Below are positions 1 to 6,436 of a stretch of DNA of 22,454 nt, one piece after another. A model generated the notes under the pieces. The model made no database searches, was not told the origin of the DNA, and saw only the letters and a program-made list of their open reading frames with translations. Position numbers and translations under genes: made by a program. Each line of letters opens with the position of its first letter. The first letter of the stretch is position 1. This DNA is from Candidatus Spechtbacteria bacterium RIFCSPHIGHO2_02_FULL_43_15b (GTDB lineage: Bacteria > Patescibacteriota > Minisyncoccia > Spechtbacterales > HO2-43-30): the NCBI GenBank assembly GCA_001819985.1, contig MHOE01000016.1:1-22454 (forward strand), written 5' to 3'.

Positions 1-633
1 GCGAAAAAGTATTTTCAAATTCAAAATCGCATAACCTTTGAGCGAGAAAAGGGGCGTGGCGCAAAATCAAATTGGAAAAATTGCTCCGAAGATATTTGGT
101 TTTGCACCTTATCGGACGACTACCATTTTGATGTTGAGGCAGTAAAAATGAAGCGCAAAGTCATCGCTCCGTATAAAGACGAGAATGGAAAACCTAAAGA
201 TTGGGAAGATAATGGCGACAGGAAATATAGAATCACTTACCCCTCGAATGTTTGGACGGATATTACAATCCCGTTTTGGTCAATGCCCGAAAATACGGAC
301 CACCCGACCCAAAAACCGGAAAAGCTTATTGCTAAAGTTATTTTGGCAAGCTCAAAGCTAAACGATGTCGTTTTTGATCCGTTTTTGGGTTCGGGGACAA
401 CCTCCGTTGTCGCGCAAAAATTAGGGCGTAGATATGTTGGAATAGATATCGACGAATTATATTGTTGTTTAGCAGAAAAACGTTTAGAAAATGCGCGACA
501 GGAAAAAACAGTGCAGGGTTATTCCGATGGGGTTTTTTGGGAAAGAAATACGCTTAATGAGCAGATGAACAGAAATGGAAAGAAACACAGAGTTGAGTTG
601 TCGGGAAATTTATTTAGCAACAAACTTATATGA
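1..633 (+). CDS. DNA methyltransferase, N4/N6 beta-class (type II R-M modification subunit); 5' end truncated by window edge
   Basis: Frame 1 is open from base 1 (AKKYFQIQNRITFEREKG...), so the listed ATG at 148 is internal. Contains HPTQKPEKL, then AdoMet motif I FDPFLGSGTT, then GRRYVGIDID, the order typical of PF01555-type N4/N6 MTases. The stop overlaps the next start (ATGA at 630-633). Confidence 0.85.
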   Translation, partial: AKKYFQIQNRITFEREKGRGAKSNWKNCSEDIWFCTLSDDYHFDVEAVKMKRKVIAPYKDENGKPKDWEDNGDRKYRITYPSNVWTDITIPFWSMPENTDHPTQKPEKLIAKVILASSKLNDVVFDPFLGSGTTSVVAQKLGRRYVGIDIDELYCCLAEKRLENARQEKTVQGYSDGVFWERNTLNEQMNRNGKKHRVELSGNLFSNKLI

Positions 634-1328
634 AAAAGAGTCAAATTTTTTACGGCAGTCCACATAGAGAGGAAATAGAGAAAAGACTCAAAAAGTTTTT
701 GAATGAGCAAACTGATTTTCTTTCCGCACGGACAATAAATAGCCCGCGCGCCGTTGGCGATGCGATTGAGAATATCATTACTGAAAATTTCAAAACCATT
801 CTTGGCGACCTCGTTGGCGAATACTCATCGTCTTTTGCGCGACGCGCTATGGCAGATTTGGCTTTTACAGATAACGATGGATTCTACTATGTCGTTGATG
901 TAAAAACCCACCGTCTTGATACAAAATTCAACATGCCAAATCTGACATCCGTTGAAAGATTGTCTCGTTTCTACGAGGAGGATGTAAACTATTTTACTCT
1001 TTTGAAAATTAATTATAAAATCAACGGCACGCGGGCAGAAATAGCTAAAGTAACTTTTGCCCCGATTGAGTTTTTTGATTGGCAGTGTCTAACCATTGGT
1101 GCGCTTGGTTGGGGTCAAATTCAAATCGCAAACGCGAATGTGGTGAAAATAGTGCCAAAGAATAGTAGGAAAAAATGGATGTTGGAGTTATGCGATACAA
1201 TGTTTGAATTTTATCCTAAAGAAATCGGCAAGATTGGCGAGCGCCTCGATCATTTTAAGAAAATCAGAAAAGCTTGGGAAAAGCGAATAATGCATGACCC
1301 GTTGCAGTTAGACTTCAACAGGCATTGA
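630..1328 (+). CDS. Putative type II restriction endonuclease (cognate partner of the upstream methyltransferase); family not recognised
   Basis: 232-aa ORF translationally coupled to the MTase by a 4-nt ATGA overlap. Has a candidate PD-(D/E)xK-like core (DNDGFYYVVDVKTH, D...DVK). I recognise no other domain. The call rests mainly on position. Confidence 0.45.
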   Translation: MKKSQIFYGSPHREEIEKRLKKFLNEQTDFLSARTINSPRAVGDAIENIITENFKTILGDLVGEYSSSFARRAMADLAFTDNDGFYYVVDVKTHRLDTKFNMPNLTSVERLSRFYEEDVNYFTLLKINYKINGTRAEIAKVTFAPIEFFDWQCLTIGALGWGQIQIANANVVKIVPKNSRKKWMLELCDTMFEFYPKEIGKIGERLDHFKKIRKAWEKRIMHDPLQLDFNRH

Positions 1329-1419
1329 TTTTTATTACTAATTTTAGTAGGTTTCATTATTTGTCATAAAATATAGAATAAGCTTTTTTAATAATTCCGA
1401 TGTTAATAAACTCAAATTC

Positions 1420-1809
1420 ATGAAAACAGTTGTCATGTGCGGCAGTCGTCGCTTCAAGCCGGAGATAAGAGAGTTTGCCAAGCGTCTAAAACGGCTCGGC
1501 GTTGTTGTCTATGAGCCGTATTTGCATTCAGGGCAAGATGAGTGGAATAAATTATCAGACGATTACAAAAAATTTGTAGCGCTCGGCTTGACACACGATC
1601 ATTTTTATAAAATCCAGATGGCGGATGTAGTTTTTGTTTTCAACAAAGACGGTTACGCGGGCAATAGCACCACTTTGGAAATTGGATACGCGGTTGCGTT
1701 TGGCAAGCCGATTTATGCTTTAAGCGGCGACAGCAAAGAATTATGCCGCCATGTTCTTTTCCGCGAAATTATTTCTTCGCCGACCGCGCTGGCAAGAAAA
1801 CTAAAATAA
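1420..1809 (+). CDS. Nucleoside 2-deoxyribosyltransferase-like (NDT/Rcl superfamily) small protein
   Basis: 129 aa. N-terminal VVMCGSRRF Rossmann-like strand and C-terminal GNSTTLEIGYAVAFGKPIYAL, matching the G-x-x-x-E-x-G-y-A-x-a-x-g-K-P signature of the NDT-like fold. Confidence 0.55.
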   Translation: MKTVVMCGSRRFKPEIREFAKRLKRLGVVVYEPYLHSGQDEWNKLSDDYKKFVALGLTHDHFYKIQMADVVFVFNKDGYAGNSTTLEIGYAVAFGKPIYALSGDSKELCRHVLFREIISSPTALARKLK

Positions 1810-1860
1810 CTATTTTGGCGAAGATGTTTCGGAAATTTTTGCTAAAATTAAGAAACCGAT

Positions 1861-2640
1861 ATGAACAAAATAAGTTCTGGTAGCGAATCTGCAAAATTCG
1901 AGCAAGAACCTGTTAGCCCCGATTTTTTACAGGAACAAATCCGACTCCCTAGGAATCAATGGAGCGAAAAATTTCGGCAATTGTTTGAAGAAAAAATTGC
2001 CGAAAATCAGCGAGAAAAAGTTGATGAACCTGAAGAATCCCCGGAATCCGCGCAGGAACGCACATTCAGACGCTATATCGAAGGATTGGGACTGGACGAA
2101 AGTAAGTTAAGGAATAAAAAGGTTTTGGACCTTGGCTGTGGCGAAGGAGAATTCGTGCGATCTCTTATGGAAAAAGGCATCACTTCCGAAGCGTATGGCA
2201 TCGATGAACAGTTAAATGAGATTTCGGTCGAAGATAAGCTGAAGCCGTATCTTTTACGGGGCAATTTTGAGGAAGATCTTCCTGTTCAAAATGCCGATTA
2301 TGTAATTTCGGTAGGCGCGGCATCGCTCTGTATTTGGGCCGGAGAAGAGGAAATGAATATCCGGCGCATAGTTGAAAAATCACTGGCTTCATTAAAAGCG
2401 GACGGAGAAATTCGGATGTATCCGATTCAGGAAGCGGCAAAAGCTACACCGCTTCCAGGGCTTGAAGCATCTCAACAAAAATGGAGCGAAGTGCTTTCGG
2501 AAATTTCCGAAAATCAAGGAGTGGAGTATAGAATTGAACCGAGGAATATCAGGGTAATTGGGAGAATGAACGATATCATTCTTGAATCGGTCTTAGTTAT
2601 ATGGAGAAATAAGGATTCTGTAGTTAAAAATAGCCCTTAA
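1861..2640 (+). CDS. Class I SAM-dependent methyltransferase with acidic N-terminal extension
   Basis: Motif I VLDLGCGEGEF, followed by AYGIDEQ (motif II acidic residue) and ADYVISVGA. Substrate unknown. Confidence 0.7.
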   Translation: MNKISSGSESAKFEQEPVSPDFLQEQIRLPRNQWSEKFRQLFEEKIAENQREKVDEPEESPESAQERTFRRYIEGLGLDESKLRNKKVLDLGCGEGEFVRSLMEKGITSEAYGIDEQLNEISVEDKLKPYLLRGNFEEDLPVQNADYVISVGAASLCIWAGEEEMNIRRIVEKSLASLKADGEIRMYPIQEAAKATPLPGLEASQQKWSEVLSEISENQGVEYRIEPRNIRVIGRMNDIILESVLVIWRNKDSVVKNSP

Positions 2641-2668
2641 TAAAGCTATATTGTTTAACCCTAATACC

Positions 2669-2697
2669 TTGAAAAACAGCAATGAAAATGATAAAAT
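2669..2697 (+). promoter_or_regulatory. Sigma70-like promoter upstream of tRNA-His
   Basis: TTGAAA (2669-2674), 17-nt spacer, TAAAAT (2692-2697). The predicted start site falls about 10 nt before the tRNA. Confidence 0.5.
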
Positions 2698-2713
2698 GCG
2701 TGTGTCTTTAAGT

Positions 2714-2788
2714 GGTGCCCGTAGCTCAGCTGGTTAGAGCGTCAGTTTGTGGCACTGAAGGTCGCCGGTTCGATCCCGGTCGGGCACC
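2714..2788 (+). tRNA. tRNA-His (anticodon GUG) with genomically encoded G-1
   Basis: Hand-folded cloverleaf. G-1 at 2714; acceptor GTGCCCG/CGGGCAC; D arm GCTC-AGCTGGTTA-GAGC; anticodon stem TCAGT/ACTGA with loop TTGTGGC; variable AGGTC; T arm GCCGG-TTCGATC-CCGGT. Discriminator C2788 can pair with G-1. The 3' CCA is not encoded. Confidence 0.95.
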
Positions 2789-2813
2789 CATCGGATATAA
2801 TATAAATTCGTAT

Positions 2814-3296
2814 ATGATTGCGGTACTGGACAATATCCGTAGCGGATTCAATGTGGGGTCCATTTTAAGGACAGCAGATGCCGCGGGATTTGATAAGGTC
2901 TATTTATGCGGCATAACGCCCGCGCCTTTTGACGAATTTAAGCATCCTCGCAAGCAAGTTACTAAGGTTTCCTTAGGAGCGGAGAATTATGTAAGCTGGG
3001 AGTACGCTAAGCAAACATACAGAGTTTTGGATAATCTGAAAAGAAGCGGTTTTCATATCTTCGCGGTTGAACAGAACGAAAAGTCCACGCCATATTTTAG
3101 GATAAATTTATTTCCCGATGATCTAGAAAGGGCAGTTCTTGTTGTCGGATCGGAAATCGGCGGCTTATCCGCGACAATTCTAGCGCGGGCGGATAAAATC
3201 TTGGAAATTCCAATGATGGGCGAAAAAGAGTCGCTGAATGTTTCTGTCGCGTTTGGAATAGCCGCTTTTCATTTGAGGTTTAATCCAAAAGTATGA
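2814..3296 (+). CDS. SPOUT (SpoU/TrmH family) RNA 2'-O-methyltransferase
   Basis: The listed ORF starts at GTG 2712 inside the tRNA, so I use the internal ATG at 2814 (MIAVLDNIRSGFNVGSILRTADAAG). SPOUT motifs are present: VVGSEIGGLS, and IPMMGEKESLNVSVAFGIAAF (knot region). Confidence 0.85.
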   Translation: MIAVLDNIRSGFNVGSILRTADAAGFDKVYLCGITPAPFDEFKHPRKQVTKVSLGAENYVSWEYAKQTYRVLDNLKRSGFHIFAVEQNEKSTPYFRINLFPDDLERAVLVVGSEIGGLSATILARADKILEIPMMGEKESLNVSVAFGIAAFHLRFNPKV

Positions 3297-3556
3297 GTGT
3301 TTCGTTTAATGAAAAAGTATTGAATATTGTCCGAGATATCCCCAAAGGCAAGTTAATGACTTACGGTGAAGTTGCCGTATTGGCTGGAAGGCCAAAAGCT
3401 TACAGGGCGGTAGGAAATATTCTGAATAAAAACTACGATAAGGCGATACCTTGCCATAGAGTAATAAGGAAAGACGGGAGCGCGGGCGGATATAACTGCG
3501 GTAGAGAAAGAAAACTGGAAATTCTCAAAAAAGAGGGAGTATATCCGGATTTTTAG
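3293..3556 (+). CDS. ogt: Methylated-DNA--protein-cysteine methyltransferase, minimal single-domain form (MGMT/Ogt C-terminal domain only)
   Basis: 87 aa with the active-site PCHRV motif (IPCHRVIRKDGSAGGY) and helix-turn-helix segment TYGEVAVLAGRPKAYRAVGN. ATGA overlap with the upstream gene. Confidence 0.8.
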   Translation: MSVSFNEKVLNIVRDIPKGKLMTYGEVAVLAGRPKAYRAVGNILNKNYDKAIPCHRVIRKDGSAGGYNCGRERKLEILKKEGVYPDF

Positions 3557-3592
3557 TTTTCCAAATTTTCCGTATCTTGCTAGAATAAATCA

Positions 3593-3934
3593 ATGGACGA
3601 ACTTCTCAATAAAAAGTGCAAACCCTGCGAGGGAGGAACGCCGCCTTTAAGCGTGGAAGCCGCGACCGGTTACTTAAGCCAGGTAGGCGCGGAGTGGATT
3701 TTGGAAGGCAATATTGAGATAAAAAGAAATTTTAAATTCAAAAATTTTAGAGGGGCGATTGATTTTGTAAATAGCATTGCCGATATCGCGGAAAATGAGA
3801 ATCATCATCCAGACATAATTATAAACTACAATAGGGTGACCCTAAAATTAACAACGCACGCGATAAAAGGTTTGTCTGAAAATGATTTTATAGTCGCAAG
3901 GAAAATAGATAACCTTATCGCAAAGAGCGTTTAA
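3593..3934 (+). CDS. phhB: 4a-hydroxytetrahydrobiopterin (pterin-4-alpha-carbinolamine) dehydratase, PCD/DCoH family
   Basis: 113 aa. Signature ENHHPDIIINYNRVTLKLTTH (HHPD...TH) plus the C-x-x-C at CKPCEGG that is common at the N-terminus of bacterial PCDs. Confidence 0.85.
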   Translation: MDELLNKKCKPCEGGTPPLSVEAATGYLSQVGAEWILEGNIEIKRNFKFKNFRGAIDFVNSIADIAENENHHPDIIINYNRVTLKLTTHAIKGLSENDFIVARKIDNLIAKSV

Positions 3935-3937
3935 TGT

Positions 3938-4288
3938 ATGAATATAAGACCAGAGTCATCCATGGTTTCAGTAATTTCTCAAGGCAAGACGGCTTTTATG
4001 TTTGGATTTGGGTGGGTTCTATTTGTGGTAATTTCCTTTATCGCGCTTGCAACTATCGGACATTTTTTTCTGCTTGATAAAGAGGGAAATCCAGCTGTTT
4101 TAAGCGGAGGAACAAATATATGCGAGGGCTTCCGGCTATCGGTAAATTTTCCGCTAGAATGCAACAAGTATGTTGCCGAAAATTTTCCGGATATGAAGTG
4201 CGTAACCTCGGTGGTTCGTAACGACTCTGGAAAGTGCGCTATATGCAATTTTTCATGTGAAAGGATTACTGATGCGGGAGTTGACTAG
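3938..4288 (+). CDS. Hypothetical membrane-anchored Cys-rich protein
   Basis: One clear TM helix (FMFGFGWVLFVVISFIALATIGHFFL) followed by a 7-Cys ectodomain. Sits 3 nt after phhB. I recognise no family. Confidence 0.4.
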   Translation: MNIRPESSMVSVISQGKTAFMFGFGWVLFVVISFIALATIGHFFLLDKEGNPAVLSGGTNICEGFRLSVNFPLECNKYVAENFPDMKCVTSVVRNDSGKCAICNFSCERITDAGVD

Positions 4289-4326
4289 CTTTCTATGATA
4301 GTAGTATGGTAGCGAAATTCAAACCT

Positions 4327-4363
4327 AAAGCCATCGCGCTATTTTTCGCGACGACGGCTTTTT
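4327..4363 (+). terminator. Rho-independent terminator after the trmH-ogt-phhB-membrane protein operon
   Basis: Outer stem AAAGCC/GGCTTT and inner stem TCGCG/CGCGA with an internal loop, followed by a T-rich tail (tttatgttt). Confidence 0.5.
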
Positions 4364-4526
4364 ATGTTTGGATTTAGATATAGCTTTTAATATACTCTTT
4401 GTGTGGTATAAGGTAATAAAATTAACAGCGATTTATGCACTTTATCAAAAAAATAAGCAGAGGTTTTGAGTATGCCTAATTGGATATGCGGAATAAAGGT
4501 AAAAATAGCAAAAACACGGCTTTGCG

Positions 4527-5147
4527 TTGGCTGATATTTTTTTCGTTTCAGCGATATTTTTTGGAGCGTATTTAATGGGATGTTTACCCACGGGTTATAT
4601 GTTCGGAAAGGCGGCGGGAGTAGATTTAACGCGGCAAGGCAGTGGATCAACCGGGTTTACAAATATTTTCCGAATAGCGGGAGTAAGATGGGCATTCGCG
4701 GCGCTTTTCACGGATTTCCTAAAAGGCGCAGGCGTTGCGTACATTGGAAAGCAATTTTTTACCAGCGATTTATTTATACTTTCATTGATTTTGACGGTAG
4801 CTTTAGGTAATATCTTTTCGGTATTTCTCAAGTTTAGGGGAGGTAAGGGAGTCGCGGTTATTTCAGGCGGCATTGCCGTTTTAGCATGGAATCCGATACT
4901 GATCTTGCTGGTCGTTTCTTTTTGGGCGTTCATTTTACTTTGGAAGCGTATAATGTCGCTCGCGAATTTAGCGGTGTTTCTATTTGCGGTGCCGGTGTAT
5001 CTTTTGGTTTTTTACGAATCCTGGATTTGGTATGGCGCAGGGTTTGGCATATTTATCTTCTTGCTTTTTACTCATCGAGGGAATGTGGGCAGGTTAATTC
5101 GGGGCGAGGAAAAGAAATTTATTTTCAAAAATACAAAAACTCGGTAG
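4527..5147 (+). CDS. plsY: Glycerol-3-phosphate acyltransferase PlsY
   Basis: TTG start. Motifs GSGSTGFTNIFR (GSGN-x-GATN-like) and FRGGKGVA. Multi-TM profile of about 200 aa. Confidence 0.9.
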   Translation: MADIFFVSAIFFGAYLMGCLPTGYMFGKAAGVDLTRQGSGSTGFTNIFRIAGVRWAFAALFTDFLKGAGVAYIGKQFFTSDLFILSLILTVALGNIFSVFLKFRGGKGVAVISGGIAVLAWNPILILLVVSFWAFILLWKRIMSLANLAVFLFAVPVYLLVFYESWIWYGAGFGIFIFLLFTHRGNVGRLIRGEEKKFIFKNTKTR

Positions 5148-5161
5148 AGACCGAGTTTTTT
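5135..5161. terminator. Bidirectional rho-independent terminator between convergent plsY and the XRE gene
   Basis: AAAAACTCGGT-agag-ACCGAGTTTTTT: a 7-bp GC-containing stem flanked by an A-run and a T-run. It overlaps the plsY stop codon. Confidence 0.75.
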
Positions 5162-5215
5162 ACTTATGTGCCAGAACTTCGCCTGCGTTAATCCCCCGAA
5201 TTTATAAAAGGCAGT

Positions 5216-5581
5216 TTAGCTGGTCAAATTATGCCTTTTTTTTACTATTTCCCAGGCAAGCTCCATATCGCTGACAGCGTGAGGCGGCGCGTTATATTTC
5301 AAGCGAAGATATGAAGAGAGTCCCGGGAACTCATCTTCAGTTGGAGGCACAAAACCGGATCTTTCAAGTATGGTTACAATAGGAAGATTGTAGCACTTCG
5401 AGAATTCTATAAGGATATGAGCACTTATAGTGTGAAAGGCATTTCCGTTTTCAATTTTAGATATGTAGCTTGGAGTGAGAGTGGTTCGTTTTGCGACCTC
5501 ATACATGCTAAGACCGAGGTCCGACCTTACGCCTTTCAGGTACTGGCCCAAATATTTCATTTCGCTTGGTATTGGTTTCAT
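5216..5581 (-). CDS. XRE-family helix-turn-helix transcriptional regulator
   Basis: LKGVRSDLGLSMYEVAKRTTLTPSYISKIENGN is a canonical Cro/C1 HTH_3 pattern, followed by a C-terminal extension of about 55 aa with no family I recognise. Confidence 0.85.
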   Translation of the reverse strand: MKPIPSEMKYLGQYLKGVRSDLGLSMYEVAKRTTLTPSYISKIENGNAFHTISAHILIEFSKCYNLPIVTILERSGFVPPTEDEFPGLSSYLRLKYNAPPHAVSDMELAWEIVKKRHNLTS

Positions 5582-5738
5582 TTTTTTTCGAATTTCAGAA
5601 CTTAAGAGTTCCGGTGAATACGGATAGACCTAGTAAAGTTCATAAGCTAATACAAATTGTAACACAAAGAGTAAAAAATAAAAACGAAAATCGTGTAAGA
5701 TCGGGAATAAACACGCGGGCGTTATGGGATATTCAAAT

Positions 5739-5747
5739 TGTGGATAA
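5739..5747 (-). promoter_or_regulatory. DnaA box, perfect consensus (TTATCCACA on minus strand)
   Basis: The plus strand reads TGTGGATAA. Confidence 0.5.
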
Positions 5748-5766
5748 CTTTGGTTGGGGATATACC

Positions 5767-5775
5767 TGTGGAAAA
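5767..5775 (-). promoter_or_regulatory. DnaA box, one mismatch (TTTTCCACA on minus strand; fits TTWTNCACA)
   Basis: The plus strand reads TGTGGAAAA, 20 nt after the perfect box. Confidence 0.4.
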
Positions 5776-5849
5776 GAAATGCTAGTTGCATGTTGCATTT
5801 TTGCAACGGTTTGTTTCTATTTCATTATACAATATTGCGAACATTTTTG

Positions 5850-5858
5850 TTATCCACA
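5850..5858 (+). promoter_or_regulatory. DnaA box, perfect consensus TTATCCACA
   Basis: Exact 9-mer on the plus strand, inverted relative to the box at 5739-5747. Confidence 0.5.
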
Positions 5859-5942
5859 CGGTTGATTTTTAGCTTGGGAAAGCCGTTTTTGAGCATTGCG
5901 TTTCCGTAAGGCAATTTACTGTGTCAATTTAGAAACAAATGA

Positions 5943-5958
5943 ATTGGGACTTCCCAAT
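5943..5958. promoter_or_regulatory. 16-bp palindrome ATTGGGA-ct-TCCCAAT, candidate operator
   Basis: Perfect 7-bp arms with a 2-nt centre, too tight for an RNA hairpin. Lies about 30 nt upstream of the -35 element at 5989. Confidence 0.35.
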
Positions 5959-5988
5959 ATTGTGTTGCATTTTGGAAATATGCATCTC

Positions 5989-6017
5989 TTGACTGACACT
6001 TAAGGGGAGTATATTAT
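5989..6017 (+). promoter_or_regulatory. Strong sigma70-like promoter inside the large intergenic region
   Basis: TTGACT (5989-5994), 17-nt spacer, TATTAT (6012-6017). Confidence 0.5.
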
Positions 6018-6060
6018 GAATTCATCGAGTTCAAATTGTTTCTTATCGCGCCTAGGATGA
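6016..6060 (+). CDS. Candidate 14-aa leader/small ORF MNSSSSNCFLSRLG (alternative reading of the same locus as the promoter)
   Basis: ATG 6016 is preceded by AAGGGGAG with about 6-nt spacing. Four consecutive Ser codons (TCA TCG AGT TCA). Stop TGA at 6058-6060. Cannot coexist with use of the overlapping -10 element. Confidence 0.2.
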   Translation: MNSSSSNCFLSRLG

Positions 6061-6263
6061 TAGGAAACACAGCATCCGCCAAAATTGTAAGAAACATTTT
6101 GGCGATAAAAAAGGGCATCAAAACAGCCCCCTCGGATATAGGGGCATATAGGAGCTCTATTGGTCTTGCATCTTATCAAAAATAAGATAAAGCGTCTCTT
6201 GATATTTGAGAGGCCGGGCCATTAGATGTCTACCCTCGTCTGGTTAGCATCTGCTTTACTGGA

Positions 6264-6291
6264 AGAGTGCACCATTTGGTGCTCTTTTTTT
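6264..6291 (+). terminator. Rho-independent terminator inside the intergenic region, about 145 nt upstream of the beta-CASP start
   Basis: GCACC-attt-GGTGC core stem, extended by AGAG/TCTT pairing, followed by a run of seven T (6285-6291). Confidence 0.65.
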
Positions 6292-6436
6292 ATCTTCTGT
6301 TTTGTGTTCATGGGTATGTATTTATTAGAGAGCTTGAATTCTATGCTCGGCTTTCGAAGGTTTAATTTGGCTCAATGCATATTTATCCTCGTTTTGCAAC
6401 TTGATGTGTTTATTCCAAAAGGGGTATATTGATGTT

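Noticed and set aside
2712-2813. N-terminal 34 codons of the listed ORF 2712..3296 (MVPVAQLVRASVCGTEGRRFDPGRAP...)
   Set aside because: This stretch is the tRNA-His gene read in a protein frame. The SPOUT domain begins at the internal ATG 2814.
4580-5191. Overlapping ORFs 4580..4810, 4595..4933 (-) and 4886..5191 within plsY
   Set aside because: These are alternative-frame or antisense shadows of a well-supported plsY reading frame.
5566-5865. 99-aa ORF (and the 68-aa ORF at 6226..6432) inside the large intergenic region
   Set aside because: Low-complexity, Cys/Phe-rich translations with no RBS. The second runs straight through a terminator hairpin and T-run. I treat the region as non-coding.
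6001-6110. Riboswitch resemblance (GGGGAGTA as in yybP-ykoY; GGATGATAGG...CCGCCAAAA as in the crcB fluoride motif)
   Set aside because: Only short strings match. The required partner or pseudoknot sequences are missing, and the downstream genes do not fit either class.
6040-6225. Possible RNase P RNA (AACACAGCATCCGCC and GAGAGGCCGGGCC loosely resemble conserved P RNA strings)
   Set aside because: The two strings are in the wrong order. The universal GGAAAGTCCGGGC and ACAGAA..CGGCTTA elements are absent on both strands.
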